Assembly: GCA_016839555.1 (NCBI GenBank)
Contig: JAEOUA010000003.1
Span: forward strand, 384,001-448,000
Reading direction: 5' to 3'
Length of the DNA stretch: 64,000 nt
DNA from: Promethearchaeota archaeon
Lineage (GTDB): Archaea > Asgardarchaeota > Lokiarchaeia > Sigyniarchaeales > SOKP01
Positions 61,072 to 64,000 of this stretch are shown one piece after another. Every line of letters starts with the position of its first letter. Positions within the stretch are counted from its first letter, which is position 1. The notes under the pieces were generated by a model that had not been told where the DNA came from, made no database searches, and saw only the letters and a program-made list of their open reading frames with translations. Made by a program: the position numbers and the translations under genes.

Positions 61072-61686
61072 TTATTTTTTCTTCTTTTGGCGTTGATTCA
61101 TAACAAGATTGACACAAGATATTATTATTATTATAATTTGAGTTATTAAAATCAAATAAAAGCCAAACCCATAAGAAACTTCTCTTTTTCTTGGAACAAT
61201 TATAATTAAATCTTCCAGATATGCTATAAATATTGATTTATTAAAAGAGATATAGTAATTGGGATGATTTATTTCTTTACTTATTCCTACTCTCCTAAAT
61301 ATAGAATAGTTTAAAGTAAGTAAAATTAATAATATCACTACTATAAAGATGGTAGCTATGGGTAAAATAATAGATTCACTTCTTTTAATTTCTATAATTC
61401 CGAATAAAATGATTAAAACACTCAATAAAAGCATTATAAATCCCATCATAGTGAGAATAACATTTGGGGGTGGAATAAGATCAAAGATATCACTAATAAT
61501 ATTTACAATAGGAGTCAGTAATCCGAGCGATTCTCTATGAATTCCAAATAAGGGAATAAAAACTAGTTTCCACCCTGCTAAGCCCATCATATCTATTATG
61601 CCAATATAAAGAGGTAAAAATAGACCAATTATTGTCAATATTTCAAGAATTATTGAGAATATTCCTGTATATTTATTAAAAGCCAA
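61072..61686 (-). CDS. 4-TM membrane protein, tandem paralog
   Basis: MAFNKY.GIF.IIL...GFYLI paralogy with 62035-62655; TTG start with GGTGA RBS. Confidence 0.75.
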   Translation of the reverse strand: MAFNKYTGIFSIILEILTIIGLFLPLYIGIIDMMGLAGWKLVFIPLFGIHRESLGLLTPIVNIISDIFDLIPPPNVILTMMGFIMLLLSVLIILFGIIEIKRSESIILPIATIFIVVILLILLTLNYSIFRRVGISKEINHPNYYISFNKSIFIAYLEDLIIIVPRKREVSYGFGFYLILITQIIIIIISCVNLVMNQRQKKKK

Positions 61687-62034
61687 TAGTTTATCACCTA
61701 CACCTTTGAATTTCTAATAAGAAGAATTACAAAATAGAATTTAAATATTATGGTTAAAAAATTATTTGCAATTCATATATTTACATTTGAATCTTTAATG
61801 AAAAAATATGAAAATATTGTTTGAAAAATATAAAAATCTAATTCAATAGTATAAGTAATTAGTTGGTACTATGCAGCATTAATCTATATGAAATCTAAAA
61901 AGATAATGAATTTGTTTTAAAAAAAAATTTGAATTTCATTATAAAATAAAAAAAAAAATGAAGATAAAAGTTTTAGATTTAAGATATATGAATTGTTGTA
62001 TACATTCTAAAGCTTATTATGTATTTTTATACCC

Positions 62035-62655
62035 TTATTTTCTTTTTTTCTTATTAATCGCATTTATTATTAGAGCAGCAATTGATATATTGGTCACGAC
62101 TATTTGAGAAATAAAGATCAAATAGAATCCAATTGCGGGAAATTCTTCAGGTAGAGCTAGAAGTAAAGGAAGAGAGGGGAATGCTATTTTTAACAAACTC
62201 TGCGTCGTGTTAATTGATGTAAGATATTTTAGAACTAAATTATTGTCAAATGTGATGTGAGCATATATAGGTAAAAGGAACAATATACTTGAGAAAATAA
62301 TGTTAATTATGGGAAAAGCAAGAGACTCACTCTTTATTAGTTCTAAAATTCCAAAAATAATGATTAAGAAACTAAGTAGTACCATTGCATATGTCATCAC
62401 TGTTAAAAGGATATTAGAAGTTAAAGAGGGATACAAAATATTTAGAAAAGTATCATAAATAGGTGCAGCAATAGGAGCAAGAATGCCTATTGAATCACGC
62501 TCAATTATTCCTAAGGGAGAGCAATTTAATTTTATTTCCCAGCCAAATACACCCATTAAATCAATTCTAAATATAGCAATTGGTAAAAATATTCCAATTA
62601 CCGCCAAAATTCCAAGAATTATCGTAAATATACCTGCATATTTATTAAAAGCCAT
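62035..62655 (-). CDS. 4-TM membrane protein, tandem paralog
   Basis: paralog of 61072-61686. Confidence 0.75.
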   Translation of the reverse strand: MAFNKYAGIFTIILGILAVIGIFLPIAIFRIDLMGVFGWEIKLNCSPLGIIERDSIGILAPIAAPIYDTFLNILYPSLTSNILLTVMTYAMVLLSFLIIIFGILELIKSESLAFPIINIIFSSILFLLPIYAHITFDNNLVLKYLTSINTTQSLLKIAFPSLPLLLALPEEFPAIGFYLIFISQIVVTNISIAALIINAINKKKRK

Positions 62656-62963
62656 AATTTTATCACTAATTAAATTAAACTTATATTAAGAAAATAGTGA
62701 ATTAAGATTTAAATATTGGGATTAAGGAATAAATAATTAGGTAAAATATTTTTCTTTAAAGATTCAATAAAAAATAAATAAATCTTATTTATAAAAGAAG
62801 AGAAATACATAGTTATCAACTTTTCTCTCTCATTAATTAATAACAATTGTTATAAAAGCTAGAATTTCATCTTTATTTTAAGAGAAATTCATAAGGATCA
62901 AATTTTTTTAGTATTGGAATTTTAAAAAATAAAGATCATATTCATAAAATTAAATGATTTAAA

Positions 62964-64000
62964 TTGCCGAATAAAGATAATCGTTTTATAAATCAGGAAG
63001 GAAAAGTATTAATGCTTGGAAATGAAGCCGTAGTGAGGGGATGCTTAGAAGCTGGCATAGGATATGTAGCGCAATATCCAGGCACGCCGACTAGTGATAT
63101 TGGTGAGACTTTTCAAAAAATTTTGAGAGAACAACCGGATTTAAGAGAATATTTGGTACACCATTGGGCAATTAACGAGGCAGTAGCCTCATCTGAGTGC
63201 GCAGGAGCTGCTTGGACGGGTTGTAGGGCCTTAAATCCTATGAAACATGTCGGTCTTAATGTGGCAAGCGATGCACTTAGCGTAATTGCTCTTAATGGTC
63301 CAAATCCTGGTGCTATGGTTATCGTGGTAGGTGCTGACCCCGGAAGCTTGGGATCTCATCAAGAACAGAATGAGCGATTTTATACTTGGATGCTTCATTT
63401 TCCCTGTTTTGAACCGCATACTCCGCAAGAATGTAAGGATTTTACCAAATTAGCTTTTGAATTATCTGAAAAGTATGATACAGTCTTTGAAATTCGTACA
63501 TCCACAAGAAGTGCTCATTCTAGAGGTTTTGTAGAATTAGAACCAATTAAAAAGGGAAAGGTAAAAGGACAATTTGAGAGAAATATTCCTAAATATAATT
63601 CATTGCCCCCTTATGCGATTAATAATCATATCAGATTGTATGAGAGGATTGAAAAAATCCGAGAAAATATTCCAGAATTAGGAATTAATAGAATTATTTC
63701 AGGGTCAAATAAAATTGGAATAATTACCAGCGGAATGCCTTTTGGCTATACAATGGAAGCGCTTAATCAACTAAATTTAAATGATGTACCTGTTTTAAAG
63801 CTTGGTATGATTTATCCACTAAACTACGGAGAAATTACTAATTTTATTAAGAATTTAGATACTGTTGTTATCATTGAAGAATTAGAACCTTTTTTAGAGG
63901 TTAAGATCGGAGAGATAGCTCAAAAAGAAGGAATTCAAACAAAAATTATTGGCAAGAAGTATTTTCCAAAACATAATGAATTTTCAACCGGTTTAATAGC
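62964..64000 (+). CDS. iorA: indolepyruvate:ferredoxin oxidoreductase alpha subunit, partial
   Basis: TTG 62964; MLGNEAVVRG.LEAG...YPGTPTS, NE.VA, MKHVGLNVASD, IEELEPFLE; runs off the window end. Confidence 0.9.
   Translation, partial: MPNKDNRFINQEGKVLMLGNEAVVRGCLEAGIGYVAQYPGTPTSDIGETFQKILREQPDLREYLVHHWAINEAVASSECAGAAWTGCRALNPMKHVGLNVASDALSVIALNGPNPGAMVIVVGADPGSLGSHQEQNERFYTWMLHFPCFEPHTPQECKDFTKLAFELSEKYDTVFEIRTSTRSAHSRGFVELEPIKKGKVKGQFERNIPKYNSLPPYAINNHIRLYERIEKIRENIPELGINRIISGSNKIGIITSGMPFGYTMEALNQLNLNDVPVLKLGMIYPLNYGEITNFIKNLDTVVIIEELEPFLEVKIGEIAQKEGIQTKIIGKKYFPKHNEFSTGLI

Noticed and set aside
4911-63428. Short shadow ORFs in the track (e.g. 4911-5120, 9474-9734, 11650-11835, 13580-13834, 15012-15320, 17165-17533, 20606-20953, 21663-21995, 25618-25818, 27503-27835, 33436-33660, 38033-38298, 41452-41754, 43380-44094, 51868-52152, 53096-53392, 54616-54945, 56881-57140, 63231-63428)
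   Set aside because: They lie antisense to or out of frame within well-supported genes and carry no recognisable motifs.
1-64000. CRISPR array, rRNA, intact transposase or prophage
   Set aside because: No regularly spaced repeat-spacer pattern, no long GC-rich rRNA-like tract and no transposase or capsid motifs in the ORFs.

Overview
AT-rich core-chromosome segment of an Asgard archaeon, most likely Lokiarchaeia/Promethearchaeota. Evidence for the assignment: a Lokiactin, a Loki-type profilin domain, a two-domain gelsolin, an archaeal histone, a proteasome beta subunit, PAN, Hef/FANCM, Rpo6 and tRNA-Val(CAC). The rest is metabolic: proBA, a GlpA-like three-gene cluster, a GH5 glycolipid hydrolase, SCP2, LarA, sulfatase, NagA, a partial IorA, two PAS histidine kinases and many small zinc-ribbon or membrane proteins. 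I see no CRISPR array, rRNA or intact mobile element. Main leads: (1) a profilin fused to two extra helical domains; (2) a C-terminal Zn-ribbon shared by the gelsolin and a separate small coiled-coil protein, suggesting an adaptor module for actin regulators; (3) a GH5_12-like enzyme with DEP in place of NEP near a PIG-L deacetylase and SCP2, suggesting an amino-glycolipid pathway; (4) a Thr1-less proteasome beta subunit head-to-head with a coiled-coil RING protein; (5) an enoyl-CoA hydratase split by one in-frame TGA; (6) an unannotated 50-aa ORF with a structured leader. All family calls come from motif recognition by eye; no database searches were run.
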